Made by a program: the position numbers and the translations under genes. The notes beneath the pieces are model-generated. The model did no database searches. It was not told the origin of the DNA and saw only the letters and a list, made by a program, of their open reading frames with translations. A DNA stretch of 64,000 bases, from contig CAXHJY010001184.1 in the NCBI GenBank assembly GCA_964016885.1, positions 1 through 64,000 of the forward strand, written 5' to 3'. Source of the stretch: Eledone cirrhosa (lineage: Eukaryota). Positions 39,851 through 52,472 of the stretch are shown piece by piece. How positions within the stretch are numbered: position 1 is the stretch's first letter; each line of letters starts with the position of its first letter.

Positions 39851-42800
39851 AATGAGAAATAAAAGATTAAATAGAAAGATAGAGAGTGTGAAGAGGAAGA
39901 AACAGTAGAGTATACTTGTTAGTGGCCATCAGACATAGTGTTCCTTAGAGCAATGTGAAATGAAGAGTTTTGCTCAAGAACACAACACACAACCCAGGCC
40001 AAAAATTGAACCCACAACATTATGATTGTAAGTCCAACACCCTTACCACAAGGCCACATGCCTGCCCCGAGGAAGTATCCCTAACAGAAACCAACAAGAC
40101 ATTAATATATGCCTGAATATAATTTTCCAAATAGTTAAAGTAATTAGATTCCATTCCATTAATAAATGATGAACTTAATTAGCAAACCTGTCATCATTGC
40201 TAACAGCATTCAGACCTTGGTCTGATATATGTGTATGGCGTGAGCGTGTGTGTTTGTGATGTACGTATGTATGTGTGTATGTGTTAGTGTGTGTGTATGT
40301 GTGTGTGCATGTGTGTGTGCCCAAATAAGTAAACTATTCTCTTTGACTCATCTATCTGCACAATAACACTATTTCATATTTATTGAAACTGGCTGGCTCT
40401 TTTCCTCTCTGTTTAACTAATTGACCAATAAGTTGAAAGAGAAACTTTAGTTAATGAACACACCCAGTTCTTCCTCTCCTAAATGTTAACCTTTCTTGAA
40501 TCCCACCACCATGATTACCACTACCACTAAAGATATTCCAATAGACATCAGTATATAAGAAATATCAACTATATCGATTTAACTGATTCCAGAGGGCTCT
40601 GCAAAGGCCATTGACACAGCCATTTCCTTACAGAGCAAATAATTTTTAAACGATAAAAGGCACCCCAAATAGTTTTAGAAATGTAAATGCTTTCAAAATT
40701 TGAAAAAATATTTAGATACTTCTTTTAACATCCAATATGGCCAAAGATAGGCAGTGGTGGAGGTGAACCAGGGAGGGGTTCCCCCAACAGGAGTGAAAAA
40801 GCTTTGGAATTTGGATTCTGTAATGTTATAGCAGATAATATCTAAAAAGAGATTTATTAATTCAAATGTTTGTAGTATTTTTCTTGGACAGTATTTTGGA
40901 TAATTTGCTGTAAACTGAAGTAAAGGTATTAATTTTTTTAATAGGATGCAGCCATGGTGTTATTTGTATTTTCAATAAAAAATAATCGATATCCCATTTC
41001 AATAACCAATAGTTTTCATTCTTTAGTTCCAAATCTATGGGTGACCTGCTATATTATGTCATAAATCAATGGTTTCTCACTCTTGAGAACTTTGGGGTCA
41101 GCTATGCTGTTTGTCACCCTTAACATAACCAACATCTTCCTTTGCTGCATTTGGGTCCTCTCTCTCATACTTTTGATAGGAATGCCCTGGCAGATGTATC
41201 ATGAACATGGGGGAGAGGGGGTAAGCTTGCATGGGGCTCCTAGCTGAAAATGTCATTAGTGCCTCCTGTGTATATTTTATGGTAGGATTGTGTTGGAGCT
41301 TCTAGTTGATAATTTCATTGGTGCGTCTTGTGTATATTTTATGGTAGCAAAATAATTGTAGGGTCCAATAATCCCTGAGGGAGTTGTAGGGTGCCATATT
41401 AACATACAACATTTCTAGGGAATTATTCTAAACCTGGCAGAGCCTATCTCCTCTCCAGGGACCAATAAAATATTGTGGGGGTCCTCTAGGTACAGACTAG
41501 TCTGCAACATTTTGTTGAGCATGGCACCATGCATGTGTGCAGTCATGCACCAGTGCAGTTTATAGAGAATGTTGATTGAGAAGATTGAAATCACGATGTT
41601 CTGAAATAAAATGTTTGAATATAAATATCTCTGCCGTTTTAGAATGTAAATTTATGTGAAATTGAAATTATTTAAAGAAAATATTTAACTTGTCTCCTCT
41701 TAACTTTTTATGTTCTCTGCTCTGTCAAGTAAATAATAATAATAAAACATTTAGAAACAACTAAATTATATTATAATATTTGGTTTCCTGTTCATTTGAA
41801 TCTGTTGTTATTTTGTTATCATTTATTTTAATTTTATTTCTTATCATTTTATTTTCCTCATCTCCATCATATTTTAATTTTCTAATCTGATACTACAATT
41901 ATTGAATAAACAATTATTGAAAGAATAATAATTAGAACTGAAAATAAAAATAAGTCTAATAATAAAAAAAAATACTCCAAGCAACTTTCCTTTCCTTCTC
42001 TAAATTATCTGAACAAGGTTAAAGAACATCATTTTAATATACCTTCGAATATAAACACACCTGACCTTTACACAACAGTGTTAACCCTATCTCATTATCC
42101 CAATAGACAGTGTCACTTCCGTCTTTCTTGATGAAAATCGAATAATATACAAATAAGGAAAATTTTCAATAACAGCTGGTGTAATCCAAACATATAAGCG
42201 TAGATAGTTTCTGTTCTGATTTACAAATTCTTCTCTTTAGTTATATCTACGACTGCCTCAGTGCTATTGGCCAATTCCACTTTTTTTGTTAGATATTTCT
42301 TAAACCTGGGTGCACATTATAAAGTTTGGGAAATAAGGACAGAATTTAAAGCTGGGGTTTTATCATTATCTTCATCACCGTTTACCATCCATTTTCCCAT
42401 GCTAGTATGGGTTAAACGAGTTGCCCCATTTGAAAGAAGTAAGGTCAAGTAACCATGACTATCTCAAACTTAACTGTTTCTGGCTTGGTTTCTAACACCA
42501 ACCATAATGTCAATATGGACCAAATTCAAAGCTGGGAAATATGGATAGAATTTAAAGCTGGGGTAACATGGAGAGAATTTATAGTGGGAGAAATATGGAG
42601 AGAATTTATAGTGGGAGGAATAAGGACAGAATTTAAAACTGAGGGAATATAGACAGAATTCATAAATGGAGAATATAGACAGAGTTCATAAATGGAGAAT
42701 ATAGACAGAATTTTAAAATGGAAATACTAAAGCCGAATTAGTTATGGAATTTAAATGTTCAACTTTTATCTATTGCTAATTAACACTCCACTCTCACTTT

Positions 42801-44118
42801 GTTCCTTGAGTGCTTTTAGCAGTGTTCCTGCTGTTTCAGGTATTCAACTCACTTCTTTGGTTTGAAAATAACTTCCTCCTTTCCTTCAATCAGTCTCTAA
42901 AGCTTTTAAAAAATAAAGGGTTATATGAAAATTGACCTTCTCTTCCTGACTATGGGGTAGAAAAAAAAAAAATGTAATATAATATTTCTAAATATCATAC
43001 AAACTTACAAAAGGTGATGCCACAGGAGGGGGAGAATATCATCATGGAACCAGCTCTACCACTTTACAGAGTGTGTACTGGGAGTATATTATCATGACTG
43101 ACACTAACACTGTACAGGGTGGGCTGGTTGATTTTTACCATGACACCAGTACTACTACCTTACAATGCAAACTGGGTGTTTTTTATGATGGAACCAGCAC
43201 TACCACTTTACAGAGTGGAACTGGGTGCAATGTTATTGAAGCACCAGCACTGAGGAGGGGGAATTGATGAGAGTGGGGTGAGATAAGGTCATACTACCAT
43301 GAGAGAGGAAATGCCATGTCATGGAGGTGGTCTTGAAGCAAATCAGTTGTGTCTAGCAGTATATTGTGAGATGTGTCTGGCTTTCAACACTGGCATGGGT
43401 TGGACAAGGAAGGTAAATTGGAAATATGGGAGGTTGGGAAGTAGAAGAATGATGTGGATGGAATATATATGTATATATATATATCATCACGATTTTACAT
43501 CCGTTCTTCCACGCTAGCATGGGTTAGATGGGTTGTCCTGTTATATATATATAGTAAAGATATGACTGTGTTCATGTTCATTATTTTTCTAAAGAATATG
43601 AAATCATAGTAGAAAATACAGTTGACTGAGAAAGTCCATTAAGTTTAGTCCATTAATGCTTGAAAAAAAAGCTGATCTCTAAACAGACATGCAATTGAAT
43701 TTCTCTCTCTAGCTGTTACACACACATACACACACCATGCATGCACACACATTATATATATATATATATATACATTATATATATATATATATTATATAAA
43801 GAGAGAGAGAGAGAGAATTGAAATAGAAACTTCACTGTAATATATTTTACTATAATATCGCCTAATAATGGGGTATATAAACCCACTGAAAGGAAAAAGA
43901 TGAGTATCAGTACACATGGGAGAAGCTTCTATTTTTATTCCAATTCTAAATTTCACTCACTGTGTTCCAAACATACTTCCATATAGAAAGGGTGTGGACG
44001 ATATTTGTTGTCAATTTTCAACTGCTAATTTTATGCAAATTTTTTTTACTTCCGTTGTCACTCGTCTTCATAAAAACAGTGACTATATTTCCATTATTTA
44101 TTTTCAGAAGAATTGATT

Positions 44119-45146
44119 ATGAATAATTTTGAACCTAAAAATTTGTGGAAGAGACACGGAGTTCTTCTTGGAATCCGCACCGGGAGGACAAATAAGGAAA
44201 TTTCAGACTTTCTCAGTGTCAGCAGGAGAATGGTGGAAAAGGTCAGAAAGGAATTGGAAGATTCAGGATTCGACTACGAAGCAATATCAGAGAGGAAAAC
44301 ACATGATCGACGATCTGACGCCTTCAGAACGCCCTGAGTTCGTCACTGAAGTTCAGGGTATCATCAACAATGAACCTAGCAAGACGATGCGTGCCATTGC
44401 AAGGGAGAAAGGCGTGGATGAAAAGCTCATTAGGCTGGTGGTACATGAAGACATTCGCTGCGTTTCATACAAGATGAGGAAAGGACAATTTCTGTCAAAG
44501 GCGATGCAAGTAAAGCGACTGAAGCATGCAAAGAAGCTGATCAACAAGTTGAAACACCCACTGGAACCAGACATGCTGTGGTTTTTCTCCAACGAGAAAA
44601 ACTTCTGCCAAGACCAGAAGATCAACTCCCAGAACAACAGGTGGCTCACCGTCTCATCCAAAGACGTGCCCAGTGTCATGCAGACAAAGTTTCCAGCGAC
44701 AACATTGGTCTTAGGTGTCGTCAGCAGTCAAGGTGACGTCATGCCTCAAGCTGAACACCGATGGCTACATCCGTGTTCTGAGCGAGGTAGTGAAGCCCTG
44801 GATCGACCAGGTAGCTGCAGGTAGGCCATACGTGTGGCAGCAAGACTCAGCGCCCTGCCATACCAGCTGAAAGCCCCAAGCCTGGCTGTCAGAGAACTTC
44901 GTCGACCACACTTCACCTGACATCTGGCCTCCCAGCTCGCCTGACTGCAACCCCCTCGACTTCTTTGTGTGGGGCGCAGTGGAACAAGATACGAACAGAT
45001 CTAGCTGCAATACGAAAGACGATCTGAAGGCCAGTATAACAAGTGCCTTTAAGGGCCTAAGTCGGGGCACAGTGACAAAGGCCTGTAGCTGGTTCCGAGG
45101 CCGCCTTGAGGCTATCATCAAAGCCAATGGTCGGTTTATCGAGTGA
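44119..45146 (+). pseudogene. DD37D (maT-family) transposase pseudogene
   Basis: Reconstructed across frameshifts at about 44335 and 44745: N-terminal HTH region, WFFSNEK (first D mutated to N), QQDSAPCH, WPPSSPDCNPLDFFVWG. I count 37 positions between the 2nd and 3rd Asp; one in-frame stop. Confidence 0.9.
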
Positions 45147-45730
45147 GATCGAAAAGACAAGTCATGAAGACAAACTGACCCAAGTTTGATAAATATATCT
45201 TAAAAAAGTGTGTATATATATAGATATACACACATAAAAAACCCATGCAAACGTAGTAAAATGGATTTTAAATGATGATTATGATGATGATGACGATATA
45301 TATATATATATATATGCCCCAGCATGGCCTCAGCCGGATGGCTGGAACAGGTAAAAGAGTATATATATATATACATATATATATATCTTTACATATATAT
45401 ATATACAGGGTGCACCCTGTATATATATAAAGATATATATATATATAAAGATAGATATATATATATATATGTGTGTGTGTGTATTTACGTATATATATAT
45501 ATGTATTTAAGTATATCATCATTTCATCATCATTTCATTTTACGTCCGCTTTTCCCTGCTTGCAAGGGTGGGACGGGAACTGATACTGGCTTGATTTCTA
45601 CAGCTGGATGCCCTTCCTAACACCAACCTCATTTACAGTGAGTGCTGGGTGCTTTTTTGCTGTGGCACCTACACGACCACTTTGCAGTGGAATGATAAGG
45701 ACCTCAGTCTCTATCATCTCATTTCTACAG

Positions 45731-45781
<51 letters not shown>

Positions 45782-45945
45782 TATATATATATATATATAT
45801 ATATATCATAGATTGAGTTAGAAACTCAAAGTAGTCTTTTACAATTAAATAGCTCAAGGAAGGGAATCTTTCCAAGCCGTGTAATACAATAGAATAAATT
45901 AGAGGGATGAACACCGATATATGTGTTCGAATTGCTAATGACTAA

Positions 45946-45991
<46 letters not shown>

Positions 45992-46630
45992 TAAATTTAT
46001 GTATATATATATATATGGAAAAGAATGAAACGAAATTTCATTTCTCACACTTAGTACGGCTGATATTTAAATATAAGTATGTATACGTAGATACATATAT
46101 GTATACAGACGTACAGTAGTATGTATATATATACATACATGCACACATATATATATGTACGTATGGGTTTTCTGAACATTTATTATAATATTCGGTTTCT
46201 TTGTGAGAAATGAAATTTTGTGAGAAATGAAATTTTGTGAGAAATAAAATTTTGTTTCATTCTTTTCCATTTATCGTTTTCGGTACGCCCGGCTGACTAA
46301 CTCACTCGATATGCAAATTAGGTTGCTCAGCCGGTAATATGCATAAGGAAAATATATACTTTCAAACGTTCAATCATCTGGCAGGAAGGTATACAATGCT
46401 GACGATAGCTAATAAACTTGAAATTAGTTCATCGTTCCTTTGTCAGTGTTGAACAAAAGGGCGACGATGGTTGCTGAACACTGTACGGCTTAATTCGGGC
46501 TGTTTGTTTACAAACAAACCGAACATTATAATAAATGTTCGGTAAACCCATACGTACATATATATATGTGTGAATGTATGTATATATATACATACATGTA
46601 TACAGACGTACAGTAGTATGTACGTATACG

Positions 46631-47821
46631 TGGGCTCTTAGAAAACTAGGCGTTGACGAATGGCTTGTGAGGGCTATACAAGCCATGTATAAAGAAACAG
46701 TCAGCAAGGTTAGAATTAACAACGAATATAGTGAAGAGTTTAGCGTAAAAGTTGGCGTCCATCAGGGCTCTGTTCTCAGCCCCCTACTATTTATTATTGC
46801 CCTTCAGGCTATAACAGAGGAGTTCAAGACAGGCTGCCCATGGGAACTCCTATACGCAGACGACCTGACACTCATAGCGGAATCAATGGCCGAGCTAGAG
46901 AAGAAATTCCAAACATGGAAGCACGGCCTAGAGTCAAAAGGACTTAAAATTAACCTGGCTAAGACCAAAGTTCTAGTTTGTAGGAAAGAAAACAAGGCGG
47001 CGGTCCCTTCTGGGAAATGGTCGTGCTCGGTGTGTAGGAAAGGCGTAGGTAGAAACTCCATTTTGTGTCCTAAATGCAAAGTATGGGTGCATAAAAGATG
47101 TAGTGGGATCACAGGTAAGCTAACTAAGAACATAGATTTTACATGTGGCCGGTGTTCTGGTGCAATAAGTAGCAGCAAGTGCCCACACAATACTAGCTCT
47201 TTCAATTGCGCAGAGGGTTCTATAGAAATAGTGGACAGCTTCCGTTACCTGGGCGATAAAATCAGCAGTGGGGGAGGGTGCTCTGAAAGTACTGTAGCTA
47301 GAGTCAGAACTGGTTGGAAAAAGTTCAGAGAGCTTATACCACTATTAGCTGCTAAAGGGTTCTCCCTAAAAATGAAAGGCAGGTTGTACGATGCCTGCAT
47401 ACGAACAGCAATGTTGCATGGCAGTGAGACCTGGGCATTGTGTGCAGAGGATATACGCAGACTAGAGAGGAACGAAGCTTGCATGCTCCGCTGGATGTGT
47501 AACAGTAATATACGTGAACGGCAAAGCATAAACGAACTAAGGAAAAAATTAGAGATAAGAGGGATCAGATGTTGTTTACTCGAGAGAAGGCTACGTTGGT
47601 ATGGACACGTGATGCGCATGAAAGTCGATAGCTGTATAACAAAGTGCAGGGCAATAAAGATAGACGGTAGCCACGGAATAGGCAGACCTAGAAAAACCTG
47701 GGACGAGCTGATAAACTCCGACCTCACACACTTACACCTCTCCAAGACAATGTCACTGGACCGAGACCTTTGGCGGTACTCAGTAACAGAGAAGACCCGC
47801 CTTGCCAGTAGGCATCTCTAA
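46631..47821 (+). CDS. Reverse transcriptase C-terminal half of an RTE-type LINE (5'-truncated, open for ~396 codons)
   Basis: GVHQGSVLSPLLF, LYADDL, INLAKTK, FRYLG, RRLRWYGHV and GRPRKTW motifs. The first ~19 residues of the listed ORF come from flanking TA repeat. Confidence 0.93.
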   Translation, partial: WALRKLGVDEWLVRAIQAMYKETVSKVRINNEYSEEFSVKVGVHQGSVLSPLLFIIALQAITEEFKTGCPWELLYADDLTLIAESMAELEKKFQTWKHGLESKGLKINLAKTKVLVCRKENKAAVPSGKWSCSVCRKGVGRNSILCPKCKVWVHKRCSGITGKLTKNIDFTCGRCSGAISSSKCPHNTSSFNCAEGSIEIVDSFRYLGDKISSGGGCSESTVARVRTGWKKFRELIPLLAAKGFSLKMKGRLYDACIRTAMLHGSETWALCAEDIRRLERNEACMLRWMCNSNIRERQSINELRKKLEIRGIRCCLLERRLRWYGHVMRMKVDSCITKCRAIKIDGSHGIGRPRKTWDELINSDLTHLHLSKTMSLDRDLWRYSVTEKTRLASRHL

Positions 47822-48180
47822 CAAAATACACCCCGTCCCACCACCACCACCCCCACCCCATCCACACCACCCCGTCCTATGTAAAGTTATGTTGGTGCCG
47901 CGCCATCCGGGCCGAAACAAATGAGATCGTGTAGGTGTCACGACAAAAAAACACACAGTCCACGCTGTAATGTGGCCGTGTAGGCAACACGGTAAAAACC
48001 TCCCAGACCCACACTGTAAATGTGGTTGGTGTTAGGAAGGGCATCCAACTGTAGAAAACCTGCCAGACAGTCCTATGCGAGCAAGACAATCACTCTTGCC
48101 TCAAGTGGGACTACCCCCGTCCAAACCCATGCAAGCGTGGAACACGGACGTTAAACGTTGATGATGATGATGATGATGAT
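46631..48180 (+). mobile_element. RTE-type LINE (youngest-looking copy) including 3' UTR and (ATG)n tail
   Basis: Uninterrupted ORF followed by the shared 3' tail ending gttaaacgttgatgatgatg. Confidence 0.93.
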
Positions 48181-48231
48181 ATATAAATTTATGTATATAT
48201 AATATTATGTACATATACATATTTATGTGTC

Positions 48232-48280
<49 letters not shown>

Positions 48281-48916
48281 ACAGACACTCAGAGTTAGGT
48301 GGATAAATATAAAGAGCAAAAATATGAGTCTCCCAATAGAAAATAAAGAAAGCAGCAGCAGGGGACATTATTAATAAGACATTATTAATGACAATGATGT
48401 TTATTATGATCACAACGAATTGATAATAACAATAACAATGATAATAATTATCCTGATGATGGTGATGATGCTGATGATGTTTTTAATGCAAACGAAGGTC
48501 AAATAATACAAAATAAAACAAAAAATTTACAATAATAATTTCATCATTGATAACAATTGCTGGTGTTATTGAGGCTGTAAGAAATAACAAGAACTTCTAC
48601 CAATTCCTCCTTAAATATTGTTAACAGGGTTGGCTATTCATTTCCTCTCCTGTATATATATTTTTTTTATCCCTGGTCATATTATTATGTTGACCTATTT
48701 CTGTATCTTCCTAATGTGGACATGTTGCTAGAGGGGCCAAATATGTTTTGAAACATTTTATTGAGAACAACATGTAAACAACTTATAATAGCAGAGCAGA
48801 GGTCTTCTCATCGTGTGTGTGCGTGTGTGCGTGTGTGTGCACATGCACTGAATACTTACACACACACACACATATATTATATATATAATATATGTCCACA
48901 GGTATGCATATTTCTG

Positions 48917-48979
<63 letters not shown>

Positions 48980-49014
48980 ACAAAAATAATGCATGTATAC
49001 AAAAATAATGTATG

Positions 49015-49058
<44 letters not shown>

Positions 49059-49179
49059 TGTATATGTTTGTGTGTGTTTTAGCTATCAAATATGGTTAAA
49101 ATAACCAAAGACTTTCTGAAATCAATTTTAACCTGTTTACATTTGATACAGAAACAAATCTGCCCATGTTGGGAGACCC

Positions 49180-49950
49180 AGAACCTCTGAGCAGTAGTCA
49201 GTGACATTGGACACCATGCTTTGCAGCATTGAGTTTCGCCCCTTTAGGTTCGTCATCCTCATCATCATTTAAGATCCATTTTCCATGCTCGCATGGGTTA
49301 AACTATGGATTCTGACTTCAAATCCTGTTGAGGTTAGCTTTGCCTTTCATACTTACGGTGTCATTAAAATAAAGTACCAGTTACACACTGGAGTTGATTT
49401 TGTCAACTTTCCCTTCCCTCAAAACTGATGGCCTAGTAACTAAATCAAAAAACGATTATTATTATTTTTGGTAGAGGGCCGGATGCTATGCTTTGCAGCA
49501 TAGAATTACATCTCTTTACAGTCAGAGTTCAAATCCCGTCGAGATTAGCTTTGCCTTTCATCCTTATGGGGTCGATAAAATAAAGTACCAGTAATGCACT
49601 GGGCTCAATTTAATCGACTTTCCCTTTCCCCCAAAATTGTTGGCCTTGTGCCTAAATCAGAAACCATTATTATTATTATTGTATCTTGTATGATCTGAGT
49701 TCAAATCCCGCCAAGGTTAACTTTGCCTTTCATCCTTACGGGGTCGATAAAATAAAGTACCAGTAATGCACTGGGTAATTGCTGGCTTTGTGCCTAAAGT
49801 AGAAACAATTATTATTATTATTATTATTATATCCTGCCGAGGTTAACTTTGCCTTTCATCCTTACGGGGCTGATAATATAAAGTACCAGTAATGCACTGG
49901 GTAATTGCTGGCCTTGTGCCTAAAGTAGAAACAATTATTATTATTATTAT
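49180..49950 (+). mobile_element. Tandem cluster of ~4 SINE copies or partials
   Basis: Repeated gcctttcatccttacggggtcgataaaataaagtaccag cores separated by (ATT)n tails. Confidence 0.85.
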
Positions 49951-50754
49951 GTTTTCCAATTCCCCCATATAAACCATAACATTTGCTTACCTAATCATAC
50001 ATTTTTATTTTATTATTTTTTCTTAACTGGTTTGATATGTTATTTTACAATATAAGCTAGTAGTAGTAAATCAGGTTTGATTATCTATTAATATATAATA
50101 ATCTCTTCTTTTCTTTCTTTTTTTCTTTTATTTTTTGTCTTCTCATATAGTATTTCCATGTTAGAAATATTATTATGAGTTTTAAATATTTAAATATATT
50201 GGAGAATTGGGACTTAGGCTTGAGTGTTAATTATATTGACATGGTGTAAGACTAAAAAGAAAAAAAAGAAAAAAAAAAGCAAGAGAAAAGTAGTTTATCT
50301 ACATTTAGTTTGTTAGTTGACAACATTAGCTATAATTCACCGTACTATTGCTGGAAAACAACCATCGATCATGTTAGACATTTATGGTGAAAACAGTACA
50401 GTAATTCTTACATTTAACTGTATTTCTCTTCACCATCTACCATCAGCACCACCACAACCAATCACTACTATTACTACCACTAACACGACAACCACTTTTA
50501 CTACCACCACCTCCAGCACTTCTACTACTACTACGACTGCCACCTCTTTTACTACTACCACGACCACCACCACCACTTCTACTACCACTATCACCAAAAA
50601 AGAAACAGATAGCTATACTAATAGTAAAAACTTCTCTTCCTTGTCAAACACAGTTTTTGGACTTTTCTTATTGAAACAAAACAAAACAACTTACACACAC
50701 AGATACATAGGCATATATATGTATATTATATGTGCATATATATATATACACACA

Positions 50755-50852
50755 CAGGGTGTCCCCCAAAAATGTATACACATTTCAACAGCATTCTAGT
50801 AAATATTGCCTGTACAGGTAATCAATGTGTATACATTTTTGGGGACACCTTG
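50755..50852. mobile_element. 98-bp Tc1/mariner-type MITE
   Basis: TIRs CAGGGTGTCCCCCAAAAATGTATACACATT / AATGTGTATACATTTTTGGGGACACCTTG followed by TA. Confidence 0.85.
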
Positions 50853-50899
<47 letters not shown>

Positions 50900-50989
50900 A
50901 TGTGTAAAAAGTAAAAAAGAAATAACAAAGCAAAAGACATAATACAATGAAGAAATATATTAGTTTAATGCTTGAAATAGCAGGAAAAG

Positions 50990-51030
50990 AGTCTTAATGT
51001 TTTTGACACTAGTCCTTCATCAGAAGATAG
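50990..51030 (-). ncRNA. Compact hammerhead-like motif (GAAA mutated to AAAA)
   Basis: TCTT-CTGATGA-A-GGAC TAGT GTCA-AAAA-CATTAAGA. Confidence 0.4.
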
Positions 51031-51175
51031 AATGAGAAATAGAAGATAAAATAGAAAGATAAAGAGTTAGAAGAGTGGGGAATAAGGAAAACAATGAGAA
51101 AAAGAGGTGGAGAAAACACACATGTATAATATATATATATATCAATGATATAAACTATATTTATAAAACCATATT

Positions 51176-51236
51176 TATTCTATTATATATATTTCAAGGG
51201 TACCAAAATTTTGGTACGCTCTCATCAGATAAAATA
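51176..51236 (-). ncRNA. Type-I minimal hammerhead ribozyme, apparently intact
   Basis: Minus strand: TATTTTAT-CTGATGA-GAGCGTACCAAA AT TTTGGTACCCTT-GAAA-T ATAT A-TA-ATAGAATA. This gives an 8-bp stem I, a strong stem II, a palindromic stem III and an AUA triplet. Confidence 0.75.
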
Positions 51237-51327
51237 CAAAGTTTGTTTTATAAATATTGACATATCTAGGAATGAGACCTTAGCAGTTCAAGTGTTGAAT
51301 TACCAACAAATTAAATATCCCTTTGCT

Positions 51328-51373
<46 letters not shown>

Positions 51374-51380
51374 AAAAAAA

Positions 51381-52380
51381 ACCTGTCAAAGGCCAAAGGA
51401 GCTCTTAAGAGTCAATGGCCATCCAAAATCACCAGGAGAGATGACCCCTTAGCTTTTGTCAAGGCAGAATTCTAGGAGAAGGAAAACTCTTATATAACAC
51501 CTGCAACCCTGATGGTATCCAATGATGTTGACTTGTTCTTCTTTTTGGTAAATATCATCTTGGTTAAGAGAGTGGGACTGGCTTTGTGCAGTGCCTTTGC
51601 TCACTATAAAAGCTTCATGGCACAGGCATTGCTTTATATCTGGAGATCTCTCTACACTTGTCGTCACATGGTACCATGGGCCCAGCACTATGTGTCAATA
51701 ATTGTCACAAGTGTAGTGTTTGTACCAGAGTTTTCAAGTCGCTGGCTGGACTAAAACGTCACACTCGTTCAGCGTATCGGTAGGGGTTCTCTTACATGGA
51801 TATAAAGTAGTGGCCGTACTCGAAAAGGAGTTGGCAGCCACCATGTATGCATGTATGCATGTATGCATGTATGTATGTATGTATGTATGCATGTTTGTAT
51901 ATATGTATGCATGCATGCATGCATGCATGCTTGTATGTATGTATGTATGTATGTATTCCGGGAGAGATGATCCCTTAGCCTTTGTCAAGGCAGAATTCTA
52001 GGAGAACGAAAACTCTGATATAACACCTGCAACCCTGATGGTATCCAATGATGTTGACTTGTTCTTCTTTTTGGTAAATATCATCTTGGTTAAGAGAGTG
52101 GGACTGGCTTTGTGCAGTGCCTTTGCTCACTATAAAAGCTTCATGGCACAGGCATTGCTTTATATCTGGAGATCTCTCTGCACTTGTCGTCACATGCTAC
52201 CATGGGCCCAACACTATGTGTCAATAATTGTCACAAGTGTAGTGTTTGTACCAGAGTTTTCAAATCGCTGGCTGGACTAAAAAGTCTCACTTGTTCAGCG
52301 CATCGGTAGGGGTTCTCCTACATGGATATAAAGTAGTGGCCGTAATCGAAAATGAGTTGGCAGCCACCATGTATGTATGT
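51381..52380 (+). mobile_element. Tandemly duplicated non-autonomous RTE-like element (period ~525 bp) with (TATG)n tails
   Basis: 51437-51850 is nearly identical to 51961-52376. It contains CTAGGAGAAGGAAAACTCT (RTE 5'-like) and a C2H2-like remnant CSVCTRVFKSLAGLKRH just before the tail. Confidence 0.7.
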
Positions 52381-52472
52381 ATATGTGTGTGTATGTGTAT
52401 GTGTGTGTGTTAAGTATTGCTATAGAAAAGGTAAAGGAAAGAAGAGTTCTCTATGTATAGTACAGAGCTATT

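Noticed and set aside
50317-50799. Thr-rich mucin-like ORF
   Set aside because: An (ACT/ACC)n microsatellite with a non-ATG start.
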